The notes under the pieces: model-generated
Databases searched by the model: none
Seen by the model: the letters and a program-made list of their open reading frames with translations, nothing else
Told to the model about the DNA's origin: nothing
DNA from: Octopus vulgaris
Taxonomy: Eukaryota
Length of the DNA stretch: 64,000 nucleotides
Assembly: GCA_951406725.2 (NCBI GenBank)
Contig: OX597821.1
Location: forward strand, 96,658,001 to 96,722,000
Direction: 5' to 3'
Program-made: the position numbers and the translations under genes
Shown here: piece by piece, positions 1 through 11,897 of the stretch
Position numbering within the stretch: the stretch's first letter is position 1
How the letters are laid out: every line of letters begins with the position of its first letter

Positions 1-83
1 TTTACCTCTTTCTTTGAAGTGTGACACACACCACAAGTACGTAAGTACAAAAATAAAAAGTTAGCGTATTAATATTATTGATA

Positions 84-292
84 ATAATCCTTTCTACTAA
101 AAACAAAGAGCTGAAATTTAGGTGGAGGGGACTAGTCGATAGTACCGATCCCCAGTGTTTCACTGGTACTTAATTTGTCGACCCCAAAAGAATGAGAGGC
201 AAAGTCGATCTCGGCAGAATTTGAACCCGGAACGTGAAGACAGACGAAATAACACTAAGCATTTCACCCGGCGTACTGACGATTCAGTCAGT
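84..292 (-). mobile_element. SINE family A, diverged copy
   Basis: Matches the recurring motif ...ggcaaagtcga(c)ctcggc(g)gaatttgaac... found in many copies in this window. Confidence 0.75.
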
Positions 293-314
293 TAGTAACC
301 TTAATAGTAATAAT

Positions 315-527
315 AAGTCTTTCAAATTTTGGCACAGGGTTAGCAATTTTGGAGGAGGGGGAATCGATTACATCGACCTCAGTATTCAGCTGGTACTCGT
401 TTTAACGACCCGAAATGATGAAAGGGAAATTTGTCCTCGCTTGCATTTGAACTCGGGACGCAAAGACGAACGAAATGCTGCTGATGACCATGTTGTCCGG
501 CGAGCTAGCAATTCTGCCAGTTCGCCA
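315..527 (-). mobile_element. SINE family A, diverged copy with alternative 3' tail
   Basis: tttcaaattttggcaca...cgattacatcgac...ctgccagttcgcc; same architecture as 56762-56973. Confidence 0.7.
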
Positions 528-535
528 TCGTATAC

Positions 536-592
<57 letters not shown>
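536..592. repeat. (AAT)n microsatellite
   Basis: Direct tandem repeat. Confidence 0.95.
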
Positions 593-593
<1 letters not shown>

Positions 594-849
594 TGATAAT
601 AAAAAAATTACTAAAACAACAACTCGTGTAGAAATATGTATGTATGTATGTATGTATATATATATATGTGTGTGCGTGTACATATACATACATATTTGTA
701 TGTATGTATGAATATATATATATATATATGCACTAATATGCGTACATATGTTTGTAAACACACACACACACACCACACACGTATCAAATGCTCTCTCACA
801 CACACACGTCTATATATTTGTGTATGTATATATATATGTATATATATAT

Positions 850-945
850 ATGCTACCTACTTAAAATTTGATAACAACGAACGAACAGCAGCAATAATGG
901 TAAAGATGATAATGATAATAGTTATAGTAACAATAATGGTGGTGG

Positions 946-1012
<67 letters not shown>

Positions 1013-1211
1013 AACAAAACAATCACCTAAAGAATAACTGGTGCAAACACAGTTATGAATTTATGTGCGTGTGTGTGTACACACACTCATATATATATGC
1101 GTATATATGCGTATATGTTCTCTACTTAAAAATTGATAACAGTGAACGAACTTCGACAATAATATTGGTGCTAATGCCGATGCTCATGATGATAATGATA
1201 ACGATGATGAT

Positions 1212-1282
<71 letters not shown>

Positions 1283-1328
1283 CGAGGATGATGATAACAA
1301 TAACAACCAGAACAGTAAATATAATGAA

Positions 1329-1423
<95 letters not shown>

Positions 1424-1485
1424 TATTAACAATGATGATGATGGTGATGATGGTAAGAAAAATAATAACAACAAGACAATCATTT
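850..1485. repeat. Old local tandem duplication containing (ATG)n, (ACG)n and (AAT)n tracts
   Basis: ctacttaaaa.ttgataaca..gaacgaac starts both units (about 857 and 1122); both end in ...acaatca. Confidence 0.7.
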
Positions 1486-1901
1486 GTTGGATGCTGTCAA
1501 AAACAAATTTGGGTGTGTGAAATAGATTACATTTGAATTGTCTTTACAGAGTGATTGAAATTTTGGGGTTTGGTTATATTCATGGAATACGCAATGAAGA
1601 CTCAGCACAATAAATAATCGAAGACAAGAACGCAGTACGAACATACACAATTGAATGTACTTACACATATTACTCAGACGCGTGCATCCATATATACATT
1701 ATACAAAATCCTGTACATACGTATGTATATGACATTATATATTAACACACACACACATACACACGCGCCGCGCACGCACACACATACAAACACACATAAT
1801 ATAATATAATATAATATATATGTGTGTGTGTGTATGTGTGTGTAGCCATATATAGTGACAATAATGGCTTTCCTTTTTGGTAAACGCTGCATAATGCTGT
1901 C

Positions 1902-1932
<31 letters not shown>

Positions 1933-2061
1933 ATGTATATATGTATATATACGCACTGGGGTCGATGGAATCGACGTAATCCCTTTGTCTGTCCTTGTTT
2001 GTCCCCTCTGTGTTTAGCCCCTTGTGGGTAGTAAAGAAATATATATATATATGTATATATG

Positions 2062-2093
<32 letters not shown>

Positions 2094-2094
<1 letters not shown>

Positions 2095-2297
2095 TTTCTA
2101 CTTTAGGCTCAAGGCCCGAAATTTTGGGGAGCGGGTCAGTCGTTTAAATCGACTCCAATATGCTATTGGTACTTATTTAATCGACCCCGAAAGGACGAAA
2201 GGCAAAGTCGACCTCGGCGGAATTTGAACTCAGAACGTCGCGGCAGACGAAATACCGCTAAGCAATTCGCCCGGCGTGCTAACGTTTCTGCCAGCTC
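2094..2297 (-). mobile_element. SINE family A
   Basis: Near-consensus body: atcgaccccgaaagga.gaaaggcaaagtcgacctcggcggaatttgaactcagaacg...gtttctgccagctc. Confidence 0.9.
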
Positions 2298-2298
2298 A

Positions 2299-2710
2299 TT
2301 CTTTTATTCTTTTATTCTTTCACTTGTTTTAGTCATTTAACTGCGGCCATGCTGGAACACCGCCTTTTAGCCGAAGACATCGACACCACGACATATTCTT
2401 TGCAAGCCTAGTACTTATTCTATCGGTCTCTTAGGCCAACCCGCTAAGTTACCAGGACGTAAACATACCAACATCGGTTGTCAAACGAATGTGGCTACAA
2501 ACACAGACACACATACACACAAATACATATGTATATGTGTGTAAATATATATATATATATATTCATACGACAGGCTTCTTTCAGTTTCCGTTTCTGAAAT
2601 CCATTCACAAGGCTTTGGTCTACCCGAGGCTATAGTAGAAGACACTTGCCCGAAGTGCCATGCAGTAGGACTGAAACCTGAACAATTTGGTTGGGGAGCA
2701 AGCTTCTTAT
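2299..2710 (-). mobile_element. SINE family B (tRNA-like head, CORE-like segment, internal microsatellite)
   Basis: Reverse complement of the 57031-57488 type. Confidence 0.85.
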
Positions 2711-3098
2711 GATTTATGTATGTTATGTATTATATGCATACATGTATGTGTGTGTGTGTGTGTGTGTAATATATAATATTATATTATATAATATATAGGC
2801 GTGTGTGTGTGTGTGCGTATGTGTGTGTACTCATATATAGTAATATTTATGGGTTTCCTTTTTGGTAAACACTGCATAACAGTGTCTATATATATATATA
2901 TACGCTACCTACTTAAAAATTGATAACTTGTTTATCTATCTATCCATCTACCTGCTTATATCTGTCTATCTATCGATTGTTATTAGACTGCGGTCATGCT
3001 GAGATACCGGCTCTAAATAATTTTTGTCGAATAAGTAGATCCCAACACATTTTGCTGAACCGCTGGGTTGCGGGTGCATGAACATACAGTCAAAGACA

Positions 3099-3145
<47 letters not shown>

Positions 3146-3177
3146 TACATACATACATACACACACTCATAGATACA

Positions 3178-3213
<36 letters not shown>

Positions 3214-3731
3214 TATATATAATCTCCCCTACTTTCTACCTCTCCTGTCAAGCTATTTTCTTCTCAAAGAGTCGCCATGCTTGATCGCTCAATTCACAAT
3301 TTTTTTTTTGAAGCGCATATGCTCGAAAGGTAAAATACTTTCTCACTTTCCCGAGCATCAAACTAATACACATGCTTGTTGCTTATACATCTGTCTTCGT
3401 CTTTTGCTTTTCTGTAGCAATGCACTTACATTGTGTATATGTGTTCGATATTTTTACCACACTCGTGCTCCTTCTAATTCTTATTTGAATATATATATAT
3501 ATTTATATCTATATATACATTATATATGAAGTAATGCATAGAAACTATTAAACATCAAACTGAAGGATTGCTCAATACTTTTAGTATAGTAGATATTTCA
3601 TGACCTTTTGCCAGGAAGAGTTTGACAGCGACTTCGATGCTTTGGGTTGCACATTTTCATCAGACAGTCTGACGAGGTGAGCAAGCTGAAATTTTGAATC
3701 ACTCAATCATTTCTCTGCAGATGTTAACATT

Positions 3732-4277
<546 letters not shown>

Positions 4278-4680
4278 CAGTATGCATAAATACGTATGTG
4301 CATACATACGTACATACATGCTCATAAATTCGCACACATATATACATACAAAGAGAGAAGGAAGGATATAACTAGCTACCTTGGTCGATAGATTTGTATA
4401 CATCATGCACATTCATAGTCACGGAAATATTTTTACATGCCATTATATAAAATGTATTATTCATGCAGGTATCGGCTGCTTTCCTCCTCGATACAGTTAT
4501 ATACTTAAATAATTATAAATTGCCTTCGTTTATTTATCGTCAGATTGGTAATCTATACTTAACTATACTTTCTTCGTGTAGAAAGCAAACTTTCAAAATT
4601 GTCCGAGGTCACATATACATGTGTCTATATATTTACACACCCACACACACACCCACACACACAAACATGTATGTATGCAC

Positions 4681-4736
<56 letters not shown>

Positions 4737-4740
<4 letters not shown>

Positions 4741-4882
4741 CCGCCGAGGTCGACTTTGCCTTTCATCCTTTCGGGGTCGATAAATTAAGTACCAGCTATG
4801 CACTGGGTCGATGTAATCGACTTTATCCCTTTGTCTGTCCTTCTTTGTCCCCGCTATGTTTAGTCCCTTGAGAGCAATAAAG

Positions 4883-4887
<5 letters not shown>
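4737..4887 (+). mobile_element. 5'-truncated SINE family A inside (TA)n
   Basis: aattccgccgaggtcgactttgcctttcatcctttcggggtcgat... with (TA)n on both sides. Confidence 0.9.
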
Positions 4888-4954
<67 letters not shown>

Positions 4955-5017
4955 AAATACAAAATACCTGATCGTCAATAAGGAGCGAGACACAAATAAG
5001 AAAGACGAAAGCAAAGG

Positions 5018-5076
5018 ACCACTGATGAGGTCACAGAGGTGTGACGAAAGAACACTGGCCGAAATAAGATTAATGT
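5018..5076 (+). ncRNA. Candidate hammerhead ribozyme (stems I and III poor)
   Basis: CTGATGA at 5022-5028, stem gtcaca/tgtgac, GAAA at 5046; alternative GAAA at 5061. Confidence 0.45.
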
Positions 5077-5263
5077 AAAAAATATAATAAAGCTGAAGCA
5101 AATTAACAGAAAATATATAGTGCGTGTGTTTTTATTGGCTAAACTGGCAACATGAACATACCTAAGTACAACAATAACTGTTTCAACAGAAGATTTCGCA
5201 TCAAGAATCTTGTAAAACAAATATATAAACGTATATATATATATACACATACACACACACACA

Positions 5264-5349
<86 letters not shown>

Positions 5350-5464
5350 CGGGCGTGGCCGTGTGGTTACAAAAATTGCTATCCAACAAGTTGGGCTTGG
5401 GTTCAGTTCCACTGCACGGTCCCTGTGTAAGTGTTTTCTACATTAGCCTCGGGCTGACCAAAAC

Positions 5465-5690
5465 GGCAAGCTGGCAGAAATATTAGCACGCCGGGCGAAA
5501 TACTTAGCGGTATTCCGTCTGCCGTTACGTTGTAAGTTCAAATTCTGCTGAGGTCGACTTTGCCTTTCATCCTTTGGGGTCGATAAATTAAGTACCAGCT
5601 ACGCACTGGGGTCGATGTAATCGACTTAATCCGTTTGTCTGTCCTTGTTTGTCCCCTCTATGTTTACCCCTTGTGAGCAATAAAGAAATA
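5465..5690 (+). mobile_element. SINE family A, near full length
   Basis: ggcaagctggcagaaa...gttcaaattc (B-box-like)...gcctttcatcc...taaagaaata. Confidence 0.9.
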
Positions 5691-5875
5691 ATATGTATAT
5701 ATATATATGTGCATACACACACACACACACACTCTCACAGACACAACGCACGCTCACACACTCATACACGCACACATAAATGCATACGTACATCTACGTA
5801 TATAATGTGTGTGGAGACATGTTTATCTATCCATCTACTTGCCTATATCTATCTATCTATCTATTTACATTTATG

Positions 5876-5937
<62 letters not shown>

Positions 5938-6410
5938 CATGTATGTATATATCTATGCTCATGCGAGTATATACATGCGTATTAAAAATTACTCAAATAA
6001 TAACCGAATTCGTATTACATGGGCGTAATTAATGAATTAAATTATGTTCAGTGGCAACTTATATCTGCAGGGACGAAATCATCTTAATTATCGTAATGAG
6101 ATCGCTTTAACCCCCACCTCTCTCACCATACATGCACACAGAGACAGGACACATACGCACACGGATATACACGCGTAGAACAACACATACATAGATATAC
6201 ACCAAGCCACATCAAGTAGAATAGAAATTGAATGAACGAATCGAATTGAATGGTATAGTTGAGTCTTACTTGATGAATCAATTCATTTTTTGGCAGTGTT
6301 CATCGTTTAACTTAATCGGTCGTTATTGTTGTTATTGTGAGCCATGGTCTGGCATGTGTACGAGGAGAGATATTCAACCTATCACTATTACGTGTATTTA
6401 GAGTAGTTTA

Positions 6411-6700
6411 AAAAACACCTAAAAGTTCCACGAGGCTCCGGCAGGGGATGGTGGTGATCCCTGCTGTACTCTTTCACCACAACTTTCTCTCACTCTTACT
6501 TCCTGTTTCTGTTGTACCTGTATTTCAAAGGGCCGGCCTTGTCACTCTCTGTGTCACGCTGAATATCCCCGAGAACTACGTTATGGGTACACGTGTCTGT
6601 GGAGTGCTCAGCCACTTACACGTTAATTTCACGAGCAGGCTGTTCCGTTGATCGGATCAACCGGAACCCTCGTCGTCGTAACCGACGGAGTGCTTCCGTA
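6411..6700 (+). mobile_element. 5'-truncated SINE family C (middle of head 1 plus tail X) with 12-bp TSD
   Basis: TSD tagagtagttta at 6399-6410 and 6701-6712; 5' part matches 21965-22065, 3' part matches 51545-51725. Confidence 0.9.
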
Positions 6701-7063
6701 TAGAGTAGTTTAGAATTACATTTTCGAATATTTTTTAATTCTTTATTCAAGACAGTAAAGTGTAATTTGAGGGAGACTTGCTTACTACCCTACTTTTAGC
6801 AGTCCGGACGGCCATTGTGAAACGCTTATTTTCTCAACTGTGGATGGCATAGGGAAACAAATTATACAAAAATATCTCAAGAACAATAAAGACGAAATAA
6901 TCTTTTTCTCATGCGTGGCTGCTTGGTAAGAAGTTTGCTTCCTAACCGCATGATCCTGGATCTAATCCCACTGCGCGACAACTTGGACGTCTCCAACTAT
7001 AGCCTCGGGCCTACTAAAACGTTGCGAGAGAATTTAGACGGAAACTGAGAGAAGCCCGTCATA

Positions 7064-7127
<64 letters not shown>

Positions 7128-7129
<2 letters not shown>

Positions 7130-7534
7130 AGCAGGAGTGGCTGTGTGGTGAGTAGCTTGCTAACCAACCACATGGTTCCGGGTTCAGTCCCACTGCGTGG
7201 CATCTTGGGCAAGTGTCTTCTGCTATAGCCCCGGGCCGACCAATGACTTGTGAGGGGATTTGGTAGACGGAAACTGAAAGAAGCCTGTCGTATATATGTA
7301 TATATATATATATATAAGTGTGTGTGTATATGTTTGTGTGTCTGTGTTTGTCCCCCTAGCATTGCTTGACAACCGATGCTGTTGTGTTTACGTCCCCGTC
7401 ACTTAGCGGTTCGGCAAAAGAGACCGATAGAATAAGTACTGGGCTTACAAAGAATATGTCCCGGGGTCGATTTGCTCGACTAAAGGCGGTGCTCCAGCAT
7501 GGCCGCAGTCAAATGACTGAAACAAGTAAAAGAG

Positions 7535-7535
<1 letters not shown>
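7128..7535 (+). mobile_element. SINE family B, full length
   Basis: ggagtggctgtgtggt (A box)...gggttcagtccc (B-box-like)...cttgggcaagtg (CORE-like)...tail gtaaaaga. Confidence 0.92.
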
Positions 7536-7563
<28 letters not shown>

Positions 7564-7565
<2 letters not shown>

Positions 7566-7732
7566 TATTTGTTCCAGTCATTTGACTGCGGCCATGCTGG
7601 AGCACCACCTTTAGTCGAAAAAGGTTGACCCCAGGACTTATTCTTTGTAAGCTTACTACTTATTCTATCGGTCACTTTTTGCCGACCGCTAAGTTATGGA
7701 GACGTAGACACGCCACCATCGGATGTCAAGCG
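7564..7732 (-). mobile_element. SINE family B 3' half, inverted relative to the adjacent copy
   Basis: Reverse complement of about 7365-7530. Confidence 0.85.
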
Positions 7733-7957
7733 AATTTTTAGCAGTGGTCAGCGTGAGTAAAAATGTTCGTAGACTGCAAATATCATTGTATTATATGTGT
7801 GTATAAAAATTATACACGAAGGGAAAGAGCCACTAAATGGTTTTCCAACACGCTAGAAATGGGAGTTAAATCCCAAACCAGGAAACAGTTATTCTTACTT
7901 TTGCACGTTGACTGGACAATTTGAGAGAAATCAAAAATTATTAGTCATTTCCTGTAC

Positions 7958-8250
7958 TTCGATGAGGTCGACTTTGTCTTTTATGCTTTCAGGGTGGATA
8001 AAGTACATGATGGTCGAGTACTAGGGTCGATGTTATCTGCTATCTCACTTCCCTATAATTTCAGGACTTGTACCTATATTAGGAAGGATTAGCACGCCGG
8101 ACAAAATGCTTAGTGGTATTTCATCCCTCTGCTTTGAGTTCAATTCCACCGAAGTCGACTTCCAGGGTCGAAGAAATAAGTAACTGACTAGCACAGGGGT
8201 CGATTTAATCGCAAAATTCCAGGCCTTGTGCTTACATTAGAAAAGATTCT
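7958..8250 (+). mobile_element. Two degenerate SINE family A copies in tandem
   Basis: gtcgactt...gggtcgat...ttgt.c.ta.attag.aa.gatt motif occurs twice. Confidence 0.65.
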
Positions 8251-8861
8251 TCTTATTATTGTTCTTGCTGCTGTTACTGGACTTTACTATATAATATATT
8301 AACATATATAAATTTTCCGGTGATTGCATAACTGTTTCTATAACATATTTATATAATGAAATAGATACATTGTAGTATTGTTGACGACATGGTCATCGCT
8401 TTTACTTGGATATGTTTCAGGGAATTTGAAGTTGCATTTGTTAACAAAATATATCAAACCTCTTAATTTGTGTAGAAGGTACTAAAGAAATATTGCTTTG
8501 TGAGTATATACAATCATACTAGAGCGTTCGTAACACTTTGTTCTAGAATAGAAAGTTCTTTCCATTCCATTTCATGCCATGATATTCTATGGTGCAAAAA
8601 CTCAATCAAGACCAGTAGTTTTCAAATGATTTTCGGCAGTTCAGCGGTATTCCATAAAGCTATTCTGTGTATCGTGAATGGCTTTTACCATTTATTTTAG
8701 GTACAAAAATTATACTACTACATTTCCATTCATGAATACACTACCTGAATGATGAGGAGTAAGCTTTGCTGATGAAGTCAGAAAAATATCATAACTATTC
8801 GAGATTGTTTCCCATAGTTGCAGAAAAAAAATGAAAACATAATAATAATAATAATAATGAA

Positions 8862-9300
8862 ATTATTGTATACAATGCTCAGGTGCACCACAACTTGTCA
8901 GAAAGTGCGTATAAAGTATATGCAGTAATGTACAAATGTCTGGAAAGCGAACAATGAATGAGTCAGATACATGCTTGTGTGTGTATGGAGGGGAGAAAAT
9001 CAGGTGTAGTGTTGGGAATCTCAGAAAGCATGGAAATTTTGAAGGATGCAGTGCTCCGACAACTAACAACTGATGCCGGTAGTTTGTTCCATGTTTCAGC
9101 AACTCTTAGCGTGAAAAAATGTTTCCTAAAGTCATGGGAGCTGTGCTGTTTTCTGACTTTGTAAATATGCCCACGGGTGTTAGACGGGTGGAGTTCGAAA
9201 AGGTGCTCAGAGTTATTGTTTGTAAGATGGTTGATAATTTTATGGGTGTCTGCCAAGTCAGCTGCCAGAGTTTCAATGTGTCCATGCCCAGGGAATTAAG
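8862..9300 (-). mobile_element. CR1-type LINE 3' end (ORF2 C-terminus plus 3' UTR)
   Basis: ORF 8963-9256: TRGHIYKVRKQHSSHDFRKHFFTLRVAETWNKLP, a typical CR1 ORF2 terminus; AAT-type tail nearby. Confidence 0.85.
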
Positions 9301-9808
9301 GCATAGTCCTTTTTCCCCACATTTATATTTTTAAGTCCAATAAACTAATTATATTAAAAACAACCCATCAATATTGTTGGTTTACTTTTATATAGTGAAT
9401 GGCGTCTTCTAATCATTTAATCTCTAAAAAATTCTACTTTCCCTGCAACAATGTTGTACATTTACTTAATGATTCATTCACCCATATTGCACTGATTAAA
9501 TCAGTTAAATACTGAAACCTATCTGTGTTGGCTCCTGTAATAATCGTTTTTTTTTTTTTATTACCACGTATTATTTCTAATTAACCTTTAATGTTCCCAG
9601 TATTAGATATGTTAAGCACTACTTACCGATTTCAAAACAAGCACCAGGCTTTTCATATTTAGTTACCTGCAAACTCTTTCATGTCAATATAAATTTATGC
9701 ATGAACAGCAGGGAAAGCAATATTCATTGAAACATTAATTATCATTTGTCGGACATCTATGACCTCAACGTCTTAATTACTTCACTATGTGTGTGCGTAT
9801 ATACATAA

Positions 9809-9862
<54 letters not shown>

Positions 9863-9931
9863 GTTTATACACACACACACTCACACAAAAATATATGTAT
9901 GTATGTATGTAAGTATGTATGCATGTATGTA

Positions 9932-10449
9932 TTAGGTTGTCCGGAAAGTTCGTGCCGATTTATAGTAGCTTACCTTTCGACTTAGTTTAGAACATGGTTG
10001 AGTCCATAAAATAGGATTTGACTACACCTCCATTTAGAGCACAGTTTAAGCTGTCTTTTCGTGGAAGAAGGTTTATGTTCCTAATACCTGTGTTAATTCT
10101 GTAACGCTTTAAAATGGAAGATAAGAAAGTTCATTTTCGATACTTGATGCTTTGGGAACCAGAAAAAAATTGCAGCAACTCGGCTGGGATGTGTTACCCC
10201 ACCCTCCATATTCACCAGATATTGCTCCTTCGGATTTCCACTTATTCAGGTCTCTGCAGAATAGTCTTAATAGTAAAAATGTCAATCCCTTGAATGACGT
10301 AAAAAGATACCTTGATGAATTCTTAGCCATGAAACCACCTAAATTCAAGTTAACGGAAAGATGGAGATGCATAGTGCAACAAAATAGTTTATATTTGGTT
10401 GATTTAAAATGTAATGACAAGTATTTATTGAACTTTCCGGACAACCCAA
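9932..10449 (+). mobile_element. Internally deleted non-autonomous mariner with both TIRs and TA TSD
   Basis: TIRs ttaggttgtccggaaagttc / gaactttccggacaacccaa with TA on both sides; MEDKKVHFRYLML joined to LGWDVLPHPPYSPDIAPSDFHLFRSLQN. Confidence 0.93.
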
Positions 10450-10494
10450 TATATATATACTGCATTACCTCTGGATATCCTTGTTGCTTATTTT

Positions 10495-10561
<67 letters not shown>

Positions 10562-10568
<7 letters not shown>

Positions 10569-11492
10569 GGCAAGAAAGTAATTTCGATTTGTGCAAATAG
10601 AGTTACGATTTTTTTAATGACTTTTTTCAATGTTATGATTTTTTCCTTTTGATGTTTGATAGTCATTACGTTTAGCATACTTTAGAAGCAGGTTGCGCGT
10701 AATTTTGTTTACAGCTTTCAGTCCAGTGTCAATTTTAACATGGAGCGCAAAAACGAAATTTTTGCTATGTTTTGCTTTTTTTATTTCCGTAAATGCAAGA
10801 AAGCTATCCAGGCTCACAAAGACATATGTGAGGTTTATGGTGTTGATTGCTTAACAAAACGCACATATCATAAATGGTTTCAAAAATTCCTTTCTCGAGA
10901 TTTTTCCCTCAAATATGACCAACGTTCTGGTTGACCTACTGGTGTTGATGATTACCGAATCAAAGCCATAGTTGAATTTGATTGTCATATAACATTGCGA
11001 GAGATTGCAGAGAGGTTAAATGTATCACACACAACAATTAAAAATCACCTGTCTTGGACTCGTTAAGAAGCTCGATATTTGGGCTCCACATAAGTTTAAA
11101 GAGATTCGCTTAACACAACGAATCAATATCTGTGATATGCATCTCAAACGCAAAGAAATAGACCTTTTTTCTAAACGAATCATCATTGGTGATGAAGAAT
11201 GGGTTGTCTATATTAACATCAATCAAAACGATCATGGTCCAAGCGTAATGAACCAGCAAAAACCACATTGAAAGCTGAATTGCATTAAAAGCGGTTATGC
11301 TGTCAATTTGGTGGGATTACAAACGTGTTGTATGTTTTGAGCTGCTTCCACGGAACCAAACGATCAATTCAGATGTTTACTGTCAACAACTAATGCAAAT
11401 TTAGGAAGCAATCTTCTTTGAATGGTAAAACTTTCAATAATGTTGATGACTTGAAATCGCACTTGCTTCAGTTTTTGGCTGACAAGGATCAG
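10562..11492 (+). mobile_element. Decayed mariner transposase, 5' TIR present, 3' end lost
   Basis: Starts TA-ttggattggcaagaaagtaatt; ICEVYG...KWFQKF...RSG HTH, WAPHK (WVPHEL), IIIGDEEW (TGDEKW), ELLPRNQTINSDVYCQQL; stops and frameshifts. Confidence 0.9.
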
Positions 11493-11659
11493 CACACTGC
11501 AACCCCTTTCTTGCAACTTTAGCCAGTCCAATGAATCCTCTCAGCGTATGGCATCGTTGGAAAGGTAGAACAGTTGCTTAACTCACCAGTGATTATCATT
11601 GCTTCCTCGAGATAAATACAGAGACAAAAAAAGCGAGAGGGTATTAGAGGGATGGACTC

Positions 11660-11681
11660 TGTGTGTATGTGTGGATGCGCG

Positions 11682-11717
<36 letters not shown>

Positions 11718-11753
11718 GATGTGTGTGTGTGTGGTATATATATATATATTATA

Positions 11754-11821
<68 letters not shown>

Positions 11822-11897
11822 GTGTATGTGTGGATGCGCGTGTGTGCGTGTGTGTGTGTGTGTGTGTGTGGATGTGTGTGTGTGTGGTATATATATG
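11660..11897. repeat. Direct repeat of about 80-90 bp flanking a (TTA)n tract
   Basis: tgtgtatgtgtggatgcgcgtgtgtgcg...ggatgtgtgtgtgtggtatatatat on both sides of (TTA)n at 11754-11820. Confidence 0.85.

Noticed and set aside
8400-8770. Several AG/GT splice-like signals and a possible 24-bp micro-exon at about 8476-8499
   Set aside because: No recognisable protein; such signals are expected by chance in AT-rich DNA.
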